A stretch of DNA of 64,000 nt from an uncultured Clostridia bacterium (GCA_944385915.1 CALWZB010000077.1:6973-70972); one strand, 5' to 3'. Positions 46,190-58,655 are shown, counted from the first letter of the stretch. Notes: a model not told the origin generated them from the sequence alone. Numbers and translations are program-made.

Positions 46190-47572
46190 TTGAATTCATT
46201 TATGGAAGTACTGGAATATGTCAAGGAATATTTTCTCGAAAAGGTGCGCAATAACGAGCTTTCCCAGACGGCTTACAACTGCTGGATCAAGGATTTGGAG
46301 CCGATCCGCCTGGAAAACGATACGGCGGTAATCGCGGTGCGGACCAATTTTCATAAAAAGATCCTTTTGAGCCAGTACGAAAGCCGTCTGCTCGAGGCTT
46401 TTGAAGCGGTTTTGGGGTTTCCGGTGAAAGTTGAGATCATCGCCACCGAAAACCTTTCGGGAGAAGAGGATAAAGACATTTTAAAACCCACCTACGCGCC
46501 AAAAGAGGTGTCGGTAGAGGAGCCCTCCTTCCAAAGCGGGGATTTTATCGACGACCGGTATGAATACACCTTCCAAAACTTCGTTGTGGGAAGCAAAAAC
46601 GAATTTGCCTACACCGCCTGTAAATCGGTGGCCACCTCGTCCACCGTCAAGACCTACAATCCCCTTTTCATTTACGGCCCCTCGGGACTGGGAAAAACCC
46701 ATCTTCTGATGGCCATCAAATACGAGGTCAAACAGCGAAACCCGGAAATGAATATCGTTTACACCAACAGCGAAACCTTTACCAACGACCTGATCTATGC
46801 TTTGGGCAACAAGGGGATCGACGATTTTCATTTGAAGTACCGCCACGCCGATTTCTTTTTGATCGACGATATCCAGTTCCTTTCGGGAAAGGAACGGTCC
46901 CAGGAGGAATTTTTCCACACCTTCAACGAGCTGTATCTTTCGGGAAAACAGATCGTCATCACCTCCGACCGGCCCCCCAAGGATATCAACATCATCGAAG
47001 AGCGGTTAAAAAACCGGTTTGAATCGGGGCTTTTGGCGGACATCTCCTATCCGGATACCGAAACCAGGATCGCCATCATCAAACGGAAAGCGGAATTTTT
47101 ACAGATCGACATTCCCGACGACATCGTCAATTTTATGGCCAACAAGCTGAAACGAAACATCCGTCAGCTGGAAGGCGCCGTCAAAAAAATGAAGGTCTAC
47201 AAGCTTCTTTCCGGCTCCAATCCCAATATGAGCGTGGCGCAAAACGTCATCAAGGAGATTTTAAACGAAAACCAGCCGGTGGACATCACCATCGACAAGA
47301 TCATCGAAGAGGTGGCCAAAACCTACAACGTTTCTTCTGAAGACATCCGCTCCAAAAAACGGACGGGACCGGTGTCCGCGGCGAGACAAACCGCCATTTA
47401 TGTCACCAGAGAGATCACCCAGATCTCCATGAAACAGATCGGCCAGGAATTTGGAAACCGGGACCACACCACGATCGTGTACGCCTTAAAGCAGGTGGAG
47501 CAGCTGATGAAAACCAACGCCCATGAAAAGGGGATCATCGAGGATATTATCAAAAACATCAAGAACCGATAA
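46190..47572 (+). CDS. dnaA: Chromosomal replication initiator protein DnaA
   Basis: GPSGLGKTHL Walker A motif, IDDIQFL, NIRQLEGA and the domain IV segment HTTIVYA. TTG 46190 lies 7 nt after AAGGAGG; ATG 46202 is an alternative. Confidence 0.95.
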   Translation: MNSFMEVLEYVKEYFLEKVRNNELSQTAYNCWIKDLEPIRLENDTAVIAVRTNFHKKILLSQYESRLLEAFEAVLGFPVKVEIIATENLSGEEDKDILKPTYAPKEVSVEEPSFQSGDFIDDRYEYTFQNFVVGSKNEFAYTACKSVATSSTVKTYNPLFIYGPSGLGKTHLLMAIKYEVKQRNPEMNIVYTNSETFTNDLIYALGNKGIDDFHLKYRHADFFLIDDIQFLSGKERSQEEFFHTFNELYLSGKQIVITSDRPPKDINIIEERLKNRFESGLLADISYPDTETRIAIIKRKAEFLQIDIPDDIVNFMANKLKRNIRQLEGAVKKMKVYKLLSGSNPNMSVAQNVIKEILNENQPVDITIDKIIEEVAKTYNVSSEDIRSKKRTGPVSAARQTAIYVTREITQISMKQIGQEFGNRDHTTIVYALKQVEQLMKTNAHEKGIIEDIIKNIKNR

Positions 47573-47573
47573 T

Positions 47574-47683
47574 TTTCCCCAAAGTTTTTCTTTTCCTTTC
47601 CCCGTTTCCCTCCTTTTGCCCCGAAGGATTTTGCTTTCTTTTCTCTTTTCCCCTTTTCCTTCCTTTTTTCCATTTCTTTTCCA
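47574..47683 (+). repeat. Polypyrimidine (CT-rich) tract
   Basis: About 110 nt with roughly 87 percent C+T on the top strand. The tract is built from TTTCC / TTTTCC / CCCC units. Confidence 0.8.
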
Positions 47684-47730
47684 AAAGAGAAAAACCGGGA
47701 CAAACCCTTTAACGGCGGGCAAAAAAGAAG

Positions 47731-47800
47731 TGGTTTCCACTTTTTCCCTCCCCCTATTACTACTACTAAATAATTATAATATTCTATTCTCTATATATAG
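47731..47800 (+). other. oriC: Probable oriC unwinding module (DnaA-box-like site, C-cluster, CTA/TTA trinucleotide repeats, AT-rich DUE)
   Basis: In order: GTTTCCACT (47733-47741), CCCTCCCCC (47746-47754), CTA TTA CTA CTA CTA (47754-47768), and an AT-rich run extending to 47800. Confidence 0.6.
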
Positions 47801-47822
47801 AACCAAAGAAAGGATATGCGGT

Positions 47823-48938
47823 ATGAAATTTGTCTGTGACAAGGGGATATTATCCGAAGCAGTAAACAGCGTCTCTCCCGCGGTGGCGCAAAAATCCTCC
47901 CTGATGGCGCTGGAATGCGTTTTGCTGCGCTTACAAAACGATACCCTTACAGTGATCGGCTACAATCTGGAATTAGGGATCACCAAGGAGATCCCGGTCC
48001 GCGGTTTTGAAGAAGGGCAGGTCATCGTCAACGCGAGACTGTTCGGCGAGATCATCAACCGGATGCCCCAGGGAGAATTGCAGTTTACCATTGACGAAAA
48101 GCTTTTAATGGTGATCAAGGGAGGCGACGCCCAGTTTACCATTTTAGGCATGAACGCCGAAGAATATCCCGAGATCCCCTCTTTGACCGAGGAAAGCTCT
48201 CTTTCCCTTTCGGTACCTCTCCTTCGGGATATGATCTCCCAGACTTTATTTGCTGTTTCCCAGGACACCGCCACTCCGGTGCTCACCGGCGTTTTGTTTG
48301 AGACGAAAGAACAAAACCTCTATCTGGTGTCGGTAGACGGAAGACGTCTTGCCTTGCGGAAAGAGCCGGTGGAGGTCAGCGAGGATATCCGCTTTATTGT
48401 TCCGGGCAAGACCCTCTCCGAGCTTTTAAAGCTCACCTCCCGGTTCAACGACGAGGAGGAGATGATTTGGATCCGGGCGGGAAAACGGCATATCGCCTTT
48501 GAATGTGCCGGCTATCGGATGATCTCCAGACTGTTGGAGGGAGATTTTATCGACTACGACAACGCCATTCCCAAAAGCTATACTGTTTCAGTCAAGGTGA
48601 ATGTAAGGGAGATGGTGGAAAGCATCAACCGGGCGTCCATTTTGATCAGCGACAAGGTCAAAAATCCCATTCGCACCGTTTTCGAGGACAATACCGCTCA
48701 TCTTTCATGCGAGACCTCTATGGGAAAGGTCAGCGATTCCATTTTGGTGGAGCTGACGGGAGGCCCTCTCAAGGTGGGTTACAACAACCGCTACATGACG
48801 GATGCTTTGAAAGCCACCGGCCGGGATCAGGTTATTTTACAGATGTCCTCCCCTGTTTCCCCCATTCGGATCGTTCCGTTAGAGGGAGACGACTTTATTT
48901 TCTTAGTAATGCCTATGAGGTTGAAAGACGATGATTAA
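47823..48938 (+). CDS. dnaN: DNA polymerase III beta sliding clamp
   Basis: 371 aa from ATG 47823, beginning MKFVCDKGILSEAVNSVSP. The sequence ends with the typical LVMPMRL tail. The upstream part of the ORF is translation of the CT tract. Confidence 0.95.
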   Translation: MKFVCDKGILSEAVNSVSPAVAQKSSLMALECVLLRLQNDTLTVIGYNLELGITKEIPVRGFEEGQVIVNARLFGEIINRMPQGELQFTIDEKLLMVIKGGDAQFTILGMNAEEYPEIPSLTEESSLSLSVPLLRDMISQTLFAVSQDTATPVLTGVLFETKEQNLYLVSVDGRRLALRKEPVEVSEDIRFIVPGKTLSELLKLTSRFNDEEEMIWIRAGKRHIAFECAGYRMISRLLEGDFIDYDNAIPKSYTVSVKVNVREMVESINRASILISDKVKNPIRTVFEDNTAHLSCETSMGKVSDSILVELTGGPLKVGYNNRYMTDALKATGRDQVILQMSSPVSPIRIVPLEGDDFIFLVMPMRLKDDD

Positions 48939-49140
48939 AGAAATTATATTAAAGACCCCGTTTATCAAATTAGACCAGCTTTTAAAGTACGCCGGCTGTG
49001 CCCAGACCGGAGGGCATGCCAAGGTCCTTATTTCCGAGGGCGGCGTTAAAGTCAACGGGCAGACCTGTACCCAAAGGGGAAAAAAGATCTTTTCCGGAGA
49101 CCGGGTCTCGGTGGACGGCGACGAGCTTTTGATCCAGTGA
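48931..49140 (+). CDS. yaaA: S4-domain RNA-binding protein YaaA
   Basis: 69 aa. The S4-like segment is IKLDQLLKYAGCAQTGGHAKVLISEGGVKVNG. The position between dnaN and recF is conserved. Confidence 0.8.
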   Translation: MIKEIILKTPFIKLDQLLKYAGCAQTGGHAKVLISEGGVKVNGQTCTQRGKKIFSGDRVSVDGDELLIQ

Positions 49141-49141
49141 T

Positions 49142-50251
49142 ATGAACATTCGTCGCCTTTCTCTTTGCTCCTTTCGGAATATATCCGAGGCAAAGCTGGA
49201 CTTTGGACCGGGGATCTATGTGATCTATGGCAACAACGCCCAGGGAAAGACCAACCTTTTGGAGAGCATCTATCTTTGCAGCGGGAACAAAAGCTTTCGC
49301 GGCGCCAGGGAAAAGGAAATGACCATGTTCTCCTCGGACCGGTTCGAGATCCGGTTATGCTTTGCTGACCGGCAAAGGGAACAGGAGATCGTCTATCAGG
49401 GCGGGGAAAAGCGAAGGATCACATTGAATCACGTCCCCCTCTCCTCCCCCTCGGCGCTGTTTGGAGTATTTTCGGCGGTGGTGTTCCATCCCGAGGATCT
49501 TTCCCTCGTCAAGGAGGGTCCCAAGCTTCGGCGGGAGTTTTTGGATACTGCCATCAGCAAGATAAAGCCCATCTACCAAAGCTATCTTTCCCAGTATCAG
49601 GATATCCTGGAACAGAGAAACGCCCTTTTGAAGACGATAAGGGAGACGGGAAAGGGAAAGGATCTCCTCTCCCTTTGGGATGAGCCCCTCGCCAAGGCGG
49701 GCACCGCCATTTCCCTTCTTCGAAAGGACTATCTTCATAAGCTCAACGGGGAAGCCAAAGGGATCTACAGCGGATTTACCGAGCAAAAGGAATCCTTTTC
49801 GCTTTCCTACCTTTCGTCGGCATTTTCTTTTACCGATGAGGACACCGTTTATTCCGATGCTCTGATTTCCCGGTATCAGAAAGCCCTTTCCGATTCTCTC
49901 GAAGAGGATATTCGCTTAAAATATACCACTGTGGGGATCCATCGGGATGATTTTGATCTTCTGATCGACGGTCTTCCTGCCAAAACCTACGGCTCCCAGG
50001 GACAGCAGCGCAGCGCTGCCGTCACCTTAAAGCTTTCTGAGGCGAAGCTTCTTTGCAAGATCACCGGAGAGGATCCGGTGATCCTTTTGGACGATGTGAT
50101 GAGTGAATTAGACCAAACCCGTCAAGACTATATTTTAAACCAGATCCAAAATTTTCAAGTTTTGATCACATGCTGTGACGAAAAGGATTTTCGTTCCCTT
50201 CAGTACGGAAAAAAGATCCGGGTCGAAGGGGGAAAATTTTACGAGGAGTAG
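49142..50251 (+). CDS. recF: DNA replication and repair protein RecF
   Basis: GNNAQGKTNLLE Walker A motif, SQGQQRS signature and ILLDDVMSELD Walker B motif. Confidence 0.95.
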   Translation: MNIRRLSLCSFRNISEAKLDFGPGIYVIYGNNAQGKTNLLESIYLCSGNKSFRGAREKEMTMFSSDRFEIRLCFADRQREQEIVYQGGEKRRITLNHVPLSSPSALFGVFSAVVFHPEDLSLVKEGPKLRREFLDTAISKIKPIYQSYLSQYQDILEQRNALLKTIRETGKGKDLLSLWDEPLAKAGTAISLLRKDYLHKLNGEAKGIYSGFTEQKESFSLSYLSSAFSFTDEDTVYSDALISRYQKALSDSLEEDIRLKYTTVGIHRDDFDLLIDGLPAKTYGSQGQQRSAAVTLKLSEAKLLCKITGEDPVILLDDVMSELDQTRQDYILNQIQNFQVLITCCDEKDFRSLQYGKKIRVEGGKFYEE

Positions 50252-50260
50252 TTAAATATC

Positions 50261-50521
50261 ATGATTATACATATCGGAAACGATATTATCCTGCATGAAG
50301 AGGAAATCATTGGTATTTTTGATTTGGAAAACAGCTCCATCTCCAAATTTACCAAAGAGTACCTCCGTAAAAAGCAGCAGGAAAACCAGGTCATTTCGGT
50401 GACAAGGGAGCTGCCCAAGTCCTTTGTCGTGACCGTAAATCACAAAAAAGAGAGCGTTTATCTTTCCCAGCTCGCCCCTTCCACCCTGAAAAAACGGAGC
50501 GACGGTAAATACAGTAAGTAA
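50261..50521 (+). CDS. DUF370 (RemB/YaaB-like) small protein
   Basis: 86 aa, beginning MIIHIGNDIILHEEEIIGIFDL. The position between recF and gyrB is conserved. Confidence 0.7.
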   Translation: MIIHIGNDIILHEEEIIGIFDLENSSISKFTKEYLRKKQQENQVISVTRELPKSFVVTVNHKKESVYLSQLAPSTLKKRSDGKYSK

Positions 50522-52498
<1,977 letters not shown>

Positions 52499-52508
52499 GG
52501 GGAAGCAT

Positions 52509-53189
52509 ATGAAACAACAAACAAATTCCAATCCCAATTCTCTGGATCCTTCTGCGCAGCCTTTTAGCGAGGAAAAAAAGGAGGTATCCCTTCCGGAAAG
52601 CGTAACGGTGGAGGAATACGCCGTCAGCGAGCCTCAGGTGGACGTATCGGATTCCAGCGGAGAATATGAAAAGCGTATCGACATCGAATACAGCTTTACC
52701 GGCGAGGAGGTCGCCGTGGCGCTGAAGGTGTTCCAGAAAAAGATGATCTTTAAGAAAAACCTCATCTATACGGTGGTTTTACTCTTTTTGGAGGTTTTGT
52801 ATCTCCAGGCGCTGATCAAAGACCCGGATTACTTTGCGGGGAAGCTGATGGCGTGTCTTTGTATCATTGTGATCGCTTTTTTGTGGTACATGCCGTGGCA
52901 GCATATCCGGAGAGTGGCCAAAGCCACCGACAGTATCGATCAAAGCTATCATATTGCCGTTACGGAAAAGGGGTTTATTACCAATAACAACGGAAAAGAG
53001 TACTTGATTGACTATAACGCCGAAAAAACAAGCGTTGTGGAAACGGTGGATTTGTTTGTGGTCACCATCAGCAAGGAGCGCTGCTTTGCCATCCCCAAAC
53101 GGTATATCGACCCTTCGAAACTCGATGAGGTCCGGGAATTGATGAAAGTGGGCTTAAAGGAAAAGTACCAGGTTGCCAAAGAAAAATAA
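52509..53189 (+). CDS. Hypothetical membrane protein (YcxB-like), inserted between gyrB and gyrA
   Basis: 226 aa from ATG 52509. Two adjacent hydrophobic helices (LIYTVVLLFLEVLYL and LMACLCIIVIAFLWY) are followed by a soluble C-terminal domain. Confidence 0.5.
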   Translation: MKQQTNSNPNSLDPSAQPFSEEKKEVSLPESVTVEEYAVSEPQVDVSDSSGEYEKRIDIEYSFTGEEVAVALKVFQKKMIFKKNLIYTVVLLFLEVLYLQALIKDPDYFAGKLMACLCIIVIAFLWYMPWQHIRRVAKATDSIDQSYHIAVTEKGFITNNNGKEYLIDYNAEKTSVVETVDLFVVTISKERCFAIPKRYIDPSKLDEVRELMKVGLKEKYQVAKEK

Positions 53190-53210
53190 AGCGGCGGTAA
53201 AGGAGTAACT

Positions 53211-55751
53211 ATGAATCAGGAGCAGGAAAACAACAAGATCCCGGAGGGGACCAAAATACTGTCTGTGGATATCGAAAAGGAGATGAGAAAGTCCTTTCTC
53301 GATTATTCCATGTCGGTAATCGTATCCAGAGCCCTCCCCGATGTGCGGGACGGTTTAAAACCGGTTCACCGTCGGATTTTATATACCATGTACGATAATG
53401 GGCTGTACCCCGAACGGGCGTACCGGAAATGCGCCGATACGGTGGGAAGCGTTTTGGGTAGCTACCATCCCCACGGCGACGCCAGCGTTTATGACGCGTT
53501 AGTGCGTCTCGCCCAGGACTTTTCCCTTCGCTATCCGTTGGTGGACGGCCAGGGAAACTTCGGTAACATCGACGGGGACCCCCCTGCCGCATACCGGTAT
53601 ACCGAAGCCAAGATGAGCAGGATCGCTATGTCCATGCTCACCGATATCGACAAAAATACCGTGGATTTTGTCCCCAACTACGACGACCGGTTAAAGGAGC
53701 CTGCGGTTTTGCCCTCCCGGTTTCCAAACCTTTTGGTCAACGGCGTCACCGGTATCGCGGTAGGTATGGCCACCAATATCCCTCCCCACAACCTGAGGGA
53801 GGTTATCAACGCCATTATTGCCCTTATCAACGATCCGGACAAGAGCTTTGAAGAGCTGATGGAATATATCAAAGGGCCGGATTTCCCTACCGGCGGTATC
53901 ATTATGGGCCGAAGCGGTATTCGCTCCGCCTACGCCACCGGAAAAGGAAAGATCACCCTTCGGGCGAGAGCCGAGATCGAAGAGGACAGCAAGGGGAAAG
54001 CCTCTATTGTGGTGACCGAGATCCCCTATATGGTGCGGAAAACCGCCATTATTGAAGGTATCGCCAATCTGGTGAAGCAAAAGCGCATCGACGGCATCTC
54101 CTTTATCCGGGATGAATCGGACAGAGAGGGTATGCGTCTGGTGCTGGAATTAAAGCGGGACGCGGTGCCCCAGATCGTTTTGAATCAGCTTTACCGCTTC
54201 TCCTCCTTACAGGAGACGGTGGGCGTCATTATGCTGGCGCTGGTGGACGGACGGCCAAAAGTGCTCACCTTAAAGGAGATGCTCCAGCATTACATTGACT
54301 TCCAGGGAGAAGTCATCACCCGCCGGACCCAGTTCGACCTCAAAAAGGCGAAGGACCGCGCCCATATTTTAGAGGGCCTCAAGCGGGCGGTGGATATTGT
54401 AGATGAATTGATCGCCGTGATCCGGGGATGCAAGGGCGGCCGCGCGGAAGCCAAAGCCGCTATTATGGAGACCTTCGGCTTTGACGATGTCCAGGCATCC
54501 GCCATTATCGCCTTCCAGTTAGGCCAGCTTGCAGGACTGGAGATCTTAAAGATCGAGACCGAGTTAAACGAGCTGTTGGAGAAGATCAAGGAATACGAGC
54601 GGATCTTATCCGATTACAGCTTAGTGATGGAAATTTTGGAAAAAGAGCTTTCCGAGATCCGGGACAAGTACGGCGACGACCGCCGCACCGAGATCCAGAC
54701 AGTGAGCGGCGAAGTGGATATCGAGGATCTTATCCCGGTGGAAGACTGCGTGGTGACGCTGACCCATTTCGGATATGTCAAACGCCAGCCCGCCGACGTC
54801 TATAAGATCCAGCGCCGGGGCGGCAAAGGCGTTTCCGCTATGAAACAGCGGGAGGAGGACTTTGTAGAGGAGGTCTTTATCTCCTCCACCCACGATAACC
54901 TCCTTTTCTTTACCAGCAAAGGCCGGGTGTTCAAGCTTAAATGTTACGAGATCCCCGAGGGAAGCAAGGCGTCCAAAGGCGCCAATATCATCAATTTCTT
55001 AGCGCTGGAAAAAGACGAGAAGATCTCCGGCGTGCTTCCGGTATCGGATTTTACCGAAGACCGTTACCTTGTGATGATTACCGAAAATGGTATCATCAAA
55101 CGGACCACCCTTTCCGCTTACCAGAATGTGCGGAAAAAGGGCCTTATCGCTTTGGGATTGAGAGAGGGAGACGCCCTTACCCGGGTCGCTTTGACCGACG
55201 GCAAGGCGGAGCTTTTGGTGGCCACCAGACTGGGTATGGCCATCCGGTTTGACGAAAACCAGATCCGGCCTATGTCCCGTACCGCCTCCGGTGTCAAGGC
55301 CATTGACTTAAAAGACGAAGACCGGGTGGTGGGCATGGAGGAATTAAAGCCCGGTATGTCGGTGATGACGGTGACCGATCAAGGTCAGGGACGGCGTACG
55401 CTGGCTTCCGATTACCCCCTGCAAAGCCGCAACGGAAAAGGAAAGATCAACTATAAAGTGAGCGGGAAAAAGGGATATGTCTGCGGCATCAAGGCGGTCA
55501 ACGAGGACGACGACCTCATTTTGATCTCCAACGAGGGAGTCATTATCCGCATTGCCGTAAACGAGGTCAACGTGATGTCCCGTTACGCTTCCGGCGTTCG
55601 GGTGATGCGCCTTTCTGAAAACGACCGGGTGGTTTCCTTTGCCCGGGCTGACCATTCCGAAGAAGAGGTGGAGCATCTCCCCGATGAACCGGCGGAGGAG
55701 ACGGATCCTTCCGAGGAAAATGCGGTGGAAATGGAGGAGGATGAAGATTGA
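53211..55751 (+). CDS. gyrA: DNA gyrase subunit A
   Basis: [22 protein letters not shown] and AAYRYTEA (catalytic Tyr) motifs. The C-terminal beta-pinwheel is followed by an acidic tail. Confidence 0.97.
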   Translation: MNQEQENNKIPEGTKILSVDIEKEMRKSFLDYSMSVIVSRALPDVRDGLKPVHRRILYTMYDNGLYPERAYRKCADTVGSVLGSYHPHGDASVYDALVRLAQDFSLRYPLVDGQGNFGNIDGDPPAAYRYTEAKMSRIAMSMLTDIDKNTVDFVPNYDDRLKEPAVLPSRFPNLLVNGVTGIAVGMATNIPPHNLREVINAIIALINDPDKSFEELMEYIKGPDFPTGGIIMGRSGIRSAYATGKGKITLRARAEIEEDSKGKASIVVTEIPYMVRKTAIIEGIANLVKQKRIDGISFIRDESDREGMRLVLELKRDAVPQIVLNQLYRFSSLQETVGVIMLALVDGRPKVLTLKEMLQHYIDFQGEVITRRTQFDLKKAKDRAHILEGLKRAVDIVDELIAVIRGCKGGRAEAKAAIMETFGFDDVQASAIIAFQLGQLAGLEILKIETELNELLEKIKEYERILSDYSLVMEILEKELSEIRDKYGDDRRTEIQTVSGEVDIEDLIPVEDCVVTLTHFGYVKRQPADVYKIQRRGGKGVSAMKQREEDFVEEVFISSTHDNLLFFTSKGRVFKLKCYEIPEGSKASKGANIINFLALEKDEKISGVLPVSDFTEDRYLVMITENGIIKRTTLSAYQNVRKKGLIALGLREGDALTRVALTDGKAELLVATRLGMAIRFDENQIRPMSRTASGVKAIDLKDEDRVVGMEELKPGMSVMTVTDQGQGRRTLASDYPLQSRNGKGKINYKVSGKKGYVCGIKAVNEDDDLILISNEGVIIRIAVNEVNVMSRYASGVRVMRLSENDRVVSFARADHSEEEVEHLPDEPAEETDPSEENAVEMEEDED

Positions 55752-56239
55752 TCTATCAATATACCTTTTCCTTTCCCGGATTTTTTGATATGACGGCGGT
55801 TTGTAACGAAGAGGCGATCACCCATCTGCTTTTTGACGGCGCTATCGACGCTCCGGTCAAAAAAACGCCGCTCCTTTTGGAATGTGAGCGCCAGTTAGAG
55901 GAATATTTTTCCGGAAAGCGCGCCGTCTTTACCCTTCCCCTCGACCCCAAAGGCACCCCTTTTCAAAGACAGGTCTGGCAGGCGCTTTTGACGATCCCTT
56001 ACGGGGAAACGAGAAGCTACGGACAGATCGCAAAACAGGTAGGGAGAGAGAAAGCGGCGCGGGCGGTAGGCGGCGCCAACCACAATAACCCCATCTCCAT
56101 TTTGATCCCCTGTCACCGGGTGATCGGCGCCGACGGCACGCTGTGGGGCTACGGCGGCGGTTTGGACAAAAAGAAAGCCCTTTTGGATCTGGAGCAAAAA
56201 TATCGGGCAGGATTGACTTTGGGAGGATGCCATGAATAA
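55748..56239 (+). CDS. ogt: Methylated-DNA--protein-cysteine methyltransferase
   Basis: IPCHRVIG active-site motif. The TTG start overlaps the gyrA stop. Confidence 0.85.
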   Translation: MIYQYTFSFPGFFDMTAVCNEEAITHLLFDGAIDAPVKKTPLLLECERQLEEYFSGKRAVFTLPLDPKGTPFQRQVWQALLTIPYGETRSYGQIAKQVGREKAARAVGGANHNNPISILIPCHRVIGADGTLWGYGGGLDKKKALLDLEQKYRAGLTLGGCHE

Positions 56240-56822
56240 GGAACTGTTACAGAAAAATTTTGAAGACAGAGGCTTTACGGTGCGGTTTTTTGAGACGGGA
56301 GCGGAGGCGAAAGAGTATCTCTGCTCCAAATTGACCGCCCGTTCCATTGGATTTGGCGGCAGTGTCACTTTAAAAGAGCTTGGCCTTTACGAGGCTCTCT
56401 CCGAAAAAAACGAGGTAGTATGGCACCATCGGATCTGGGGAGACGAGATCAAGGACCTCGCAAGTCACGCGAAAATCTATCTCACCAGCGCCAACGCGGT
56501 GGCGGAAACCGGCCAGATCGTCAACATCGACGGGGCGGGAAACCGTCTGGCCATGACCTTATGGGGACCGGAGCAGGTCTACTATCTGGTGGGAAAAAAT
56601 AAGATCGTCCCCGATCTTTCCGCCGCGCTGGATCGGGCGAAGAATGTAGCGACCCCGAAAAACGCTTACCGGCTGGGCGCTAAAACCCCCTGCGGCGTCA
56701 AGGGCGACCGGTGTTACCAATGTTCGAGCAAGGAAAAGCTTTGCCGTCTGACGCTGATCATGGACGGCGCGCCCCATACCCCTTCTGAGATCCTTTTTAT
56801 CAACGAGGAGCTTGGCTATTAG
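56232..56822 (+). CDS. LUD-domain (lactate utilization / YkgG-like) protein
   Basis: 196 aa. The family assignment rests on overall layout and the segments SANAVAETGQIVN and GKNKIV. The C-terminus carries a Cys cluster, CGVKGDRCYQC. Confidence 0.6.
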   Translation: MNKELLQKNFEDRGFTVRFFETGAEAKEYLCSKLTARSIGFGGSVTLKELGLYEALSEKNEVVWHHRIWGDEIKDLASHAKIYLTSANAVAETGQIVNIDGAGNRLAMTLWGPEQVYYLVGKNKIVPDLSAALDRAKNVATPKNAYRLGAKTPCGVKGDRCYQCSSKEKLCRLTLIMDGAPHTPSEILFINEELGY

Positions 56823-56920
56823 AAAAAAGCCTGTCCTTTTTTGTCCCATTTTTCCTTTTTTCGTCTGAAAGAGGCGACGTCTGAATATACTGAAACAAAA
56901 AGTATACGGAGGCGGCGCAT

Positions 56921-57787
56921 ATGAAAAACCGAAGAGTGGGAAAATTGATCGCCCTGTTTTTGGGTGTGTTTGTAACGGTGTTTTGCTGTACCCTTTTTGA
57001 GGGACAGAGTCTTCCTGTTTTTTCCGAAACCGAGGAGGAGAAGGGAGAGGTTTCTCTTTTGATCCTCTCCTACGGGGATATCAGCCCCACCGAAAGCAGC
57101 AAGACGGTGGTTTCTCTGGATACCCTTAAAGAGGATGTGGCGTTTCTTTCCGACGCGGGGTATGTCTTTGTCAACAGCGAGGATCTCATCGCCTATAAGC
57201 AGGGGCGGACCACCCTCCCCGAAAAGGCGGTCTGGCTTACCTTTGATGACGGCTTTGAAAGCGTTTACACCTTAGTGTATCCCTTTTTCCAGGAACAGGG
57301 GATCAAGGGGGATGTGTTTGTGGTGGGAAGCTACAGCGATCTGTACTCGGGGAACCTTTCGGAGAAAGACGGCGGCTACCTTTCGTACACCCAGCTCAAA
57401 GAGCTTTCCGACAGCGGTTTGTTCCAGATCGGCAACCACACCTACGCCCTGCACGAGAAAAAAGGGATCGATGGAAGAAAAGGGGTCAAACAGCTTCGGG
57501 GAGAAGATGACGAAAGCTACCGGAAAATGCTGATGGAGGATGTTTTGACCCTGCAAAATCGACTGAACGAGACCATCTATAAGGACAGCCGGGTCTTTTC
57601 TTATCCCTTCGGCGAATACACCACCTTCAGCGAAGAGATCCTTCGGGATGATTTGGGATTTCTGATCACTTTGACTTACGACAAGGGGATCAATTCCCTA
57701 AGCGAAGGAAGCTCTCTGTTCGGGCTTTGCCGGTATCAGCGGGACGGGAGAAAAGATACCGAGGATTATTTTAAAAAGATCGTATAG
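56921..57787 (+). CDS. Polysaccharide deacetylase (NodB-homology) family protein, membrane-anchored or secreted
   Basis: N-terminal hydrophobic segment, then the LTFDDGFES NodB motif 1 and GNHTYALH. Confidence 0.75.
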   Translation: MKNRRVGKLIALFLGVFVTVFCCTLFEGQSLPVFSETEEEKGEVSLLILSYGDISPTESSKTVVSLDTLKEDVAFLSDAGYVFVNSEDLIAYKQGRTTLPEKAVWLTFDDGFESVYTLVYPFFQEQGIKGDVFVVGSYSDLYSGNLSEKDGGYLSYTQLKELSDSGLFQIGNHTYALHEKKGIDGRKGVKQLRGEDDESYRKMLMEDVLTLQNRLNETIYKDSRVFSYPFGEYTTFSEEILRDDLGFLITLTYDKGINSLSEGSSLFGLCRYQRDGRKDTEDYFKKIV

Positions 57788-57812
57788 TTATCAACAGTTT
57801 AAGGAGACGTGT

Positions 57813-58655
57813 GTGGAAAACTTGACCAATCTTTCGGTGATCCGGGATTTGTGCGAACGGTACCAATTTTCCTTTTCCAAGGGCTTGGGACAGAATTTTC
57901 TCACCAATCCCGGGATCTGTCCGAAAATGGCGGACCTTTGCGGTGTGGGAAAAGATAGCGGCGTCATTGAGATCGGCGCCGGCTTTGGGGTTTTGACCAA
58001 CGAGCTGGCGAAACGGGCGAAAAAGGTAGTGGTGATCGAAATCGACCACCGCCTGCTCCCTGTATTGAACGAAACCCTTTCGGAACATGAAAACGTAAAG
58101 GTGATCTTAGGGGATGTGATGAAGGTAGACCTTCTTCGGATCATCGAAGAGGAGTTTTTTGGCATGGATGTTTTTTTGTGCGCCAATCTCCCCTACTACC
58201 TCACCTCTCCCATTTTGATGCGGCTTTTGGAACAGCGCCTCCCGCTGAGCGCGGTGACCGTCATGGTCCAAAAGGAGGCGGCAAAACGGCTGACGGCGAA
58301 AATGCCCTCCAAGGAGGCGGGCGCCGTGACCGCAGCAGTGCGCTATTACAGCGACCCTGCGCTTCTTTTCCAGGTGAACCGGGGAAGCTTTACCCCGTCT
58401 CCAAAGGTGGATTCCGCCGTGATCCGGCTTTCGGTCAAAAAGAAACTGCCCTTGACGGAAAAAGAGGAGGAACGGTTGTTTTTTTTGATCCGAAAAGCAT
58501 ATAATAATCGGAGAAAGACGTTAGTGAATACCCTTTCGCTTCGGGAGACCAAGGAGGAGACCGCTTCGCTTTTAACAAGCCTTGGGATCTCCGCTACCGC
58601 AAGACCAGAGGAGCTGTCCTTGGAAAACTGGCTTTCCCTAGCGAAATTAGCGTGA
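57813..58655 (+). CDS. rsmA: 16S rRNA (adenine1518/1519-N6)-dimethyltransferase RsmA (KsgA)
   Basis: GQNFL, EIGAGFGVLT and NLPYY motifs. GTG start. Confidence 0.9.
   Translation: MENLTNLSVIRDLCERYQFSFSKGLGQNFLTNPGICPKMADLCGVGKDSGVIEIGAGFGVLTNELAKRAKKVVVIEIDHRLLPVLNETLSEHENVKVILGDVMKVDLLRIIEEEFFGMDVFLCANLPYYLTSPILMRLLEQRLPLSAVTVMVQKEAAKRLTAKMPSKEAGAVTAAVRYYSDPALLFQVNRGSFTPSPKVDSAVIRLSVKKKLPLTEKEEERLFFLIRKAYNNRRKTLVNTLSLRETKEETASLLTSLGISATARPEELSLENWLSLAKLA

Noticed and set aside
47523-47822. A 100-codon N-terminal extension of dnaN.
   Set aside because: The extension is a translation of the polypyrimidine tract and the AT-rich DUE (FSFPFPVSLLLPRRILLSFLFSPFPSFF...). The canonical clamp N-terminus MKFVCDKG starts at ATG 47823.
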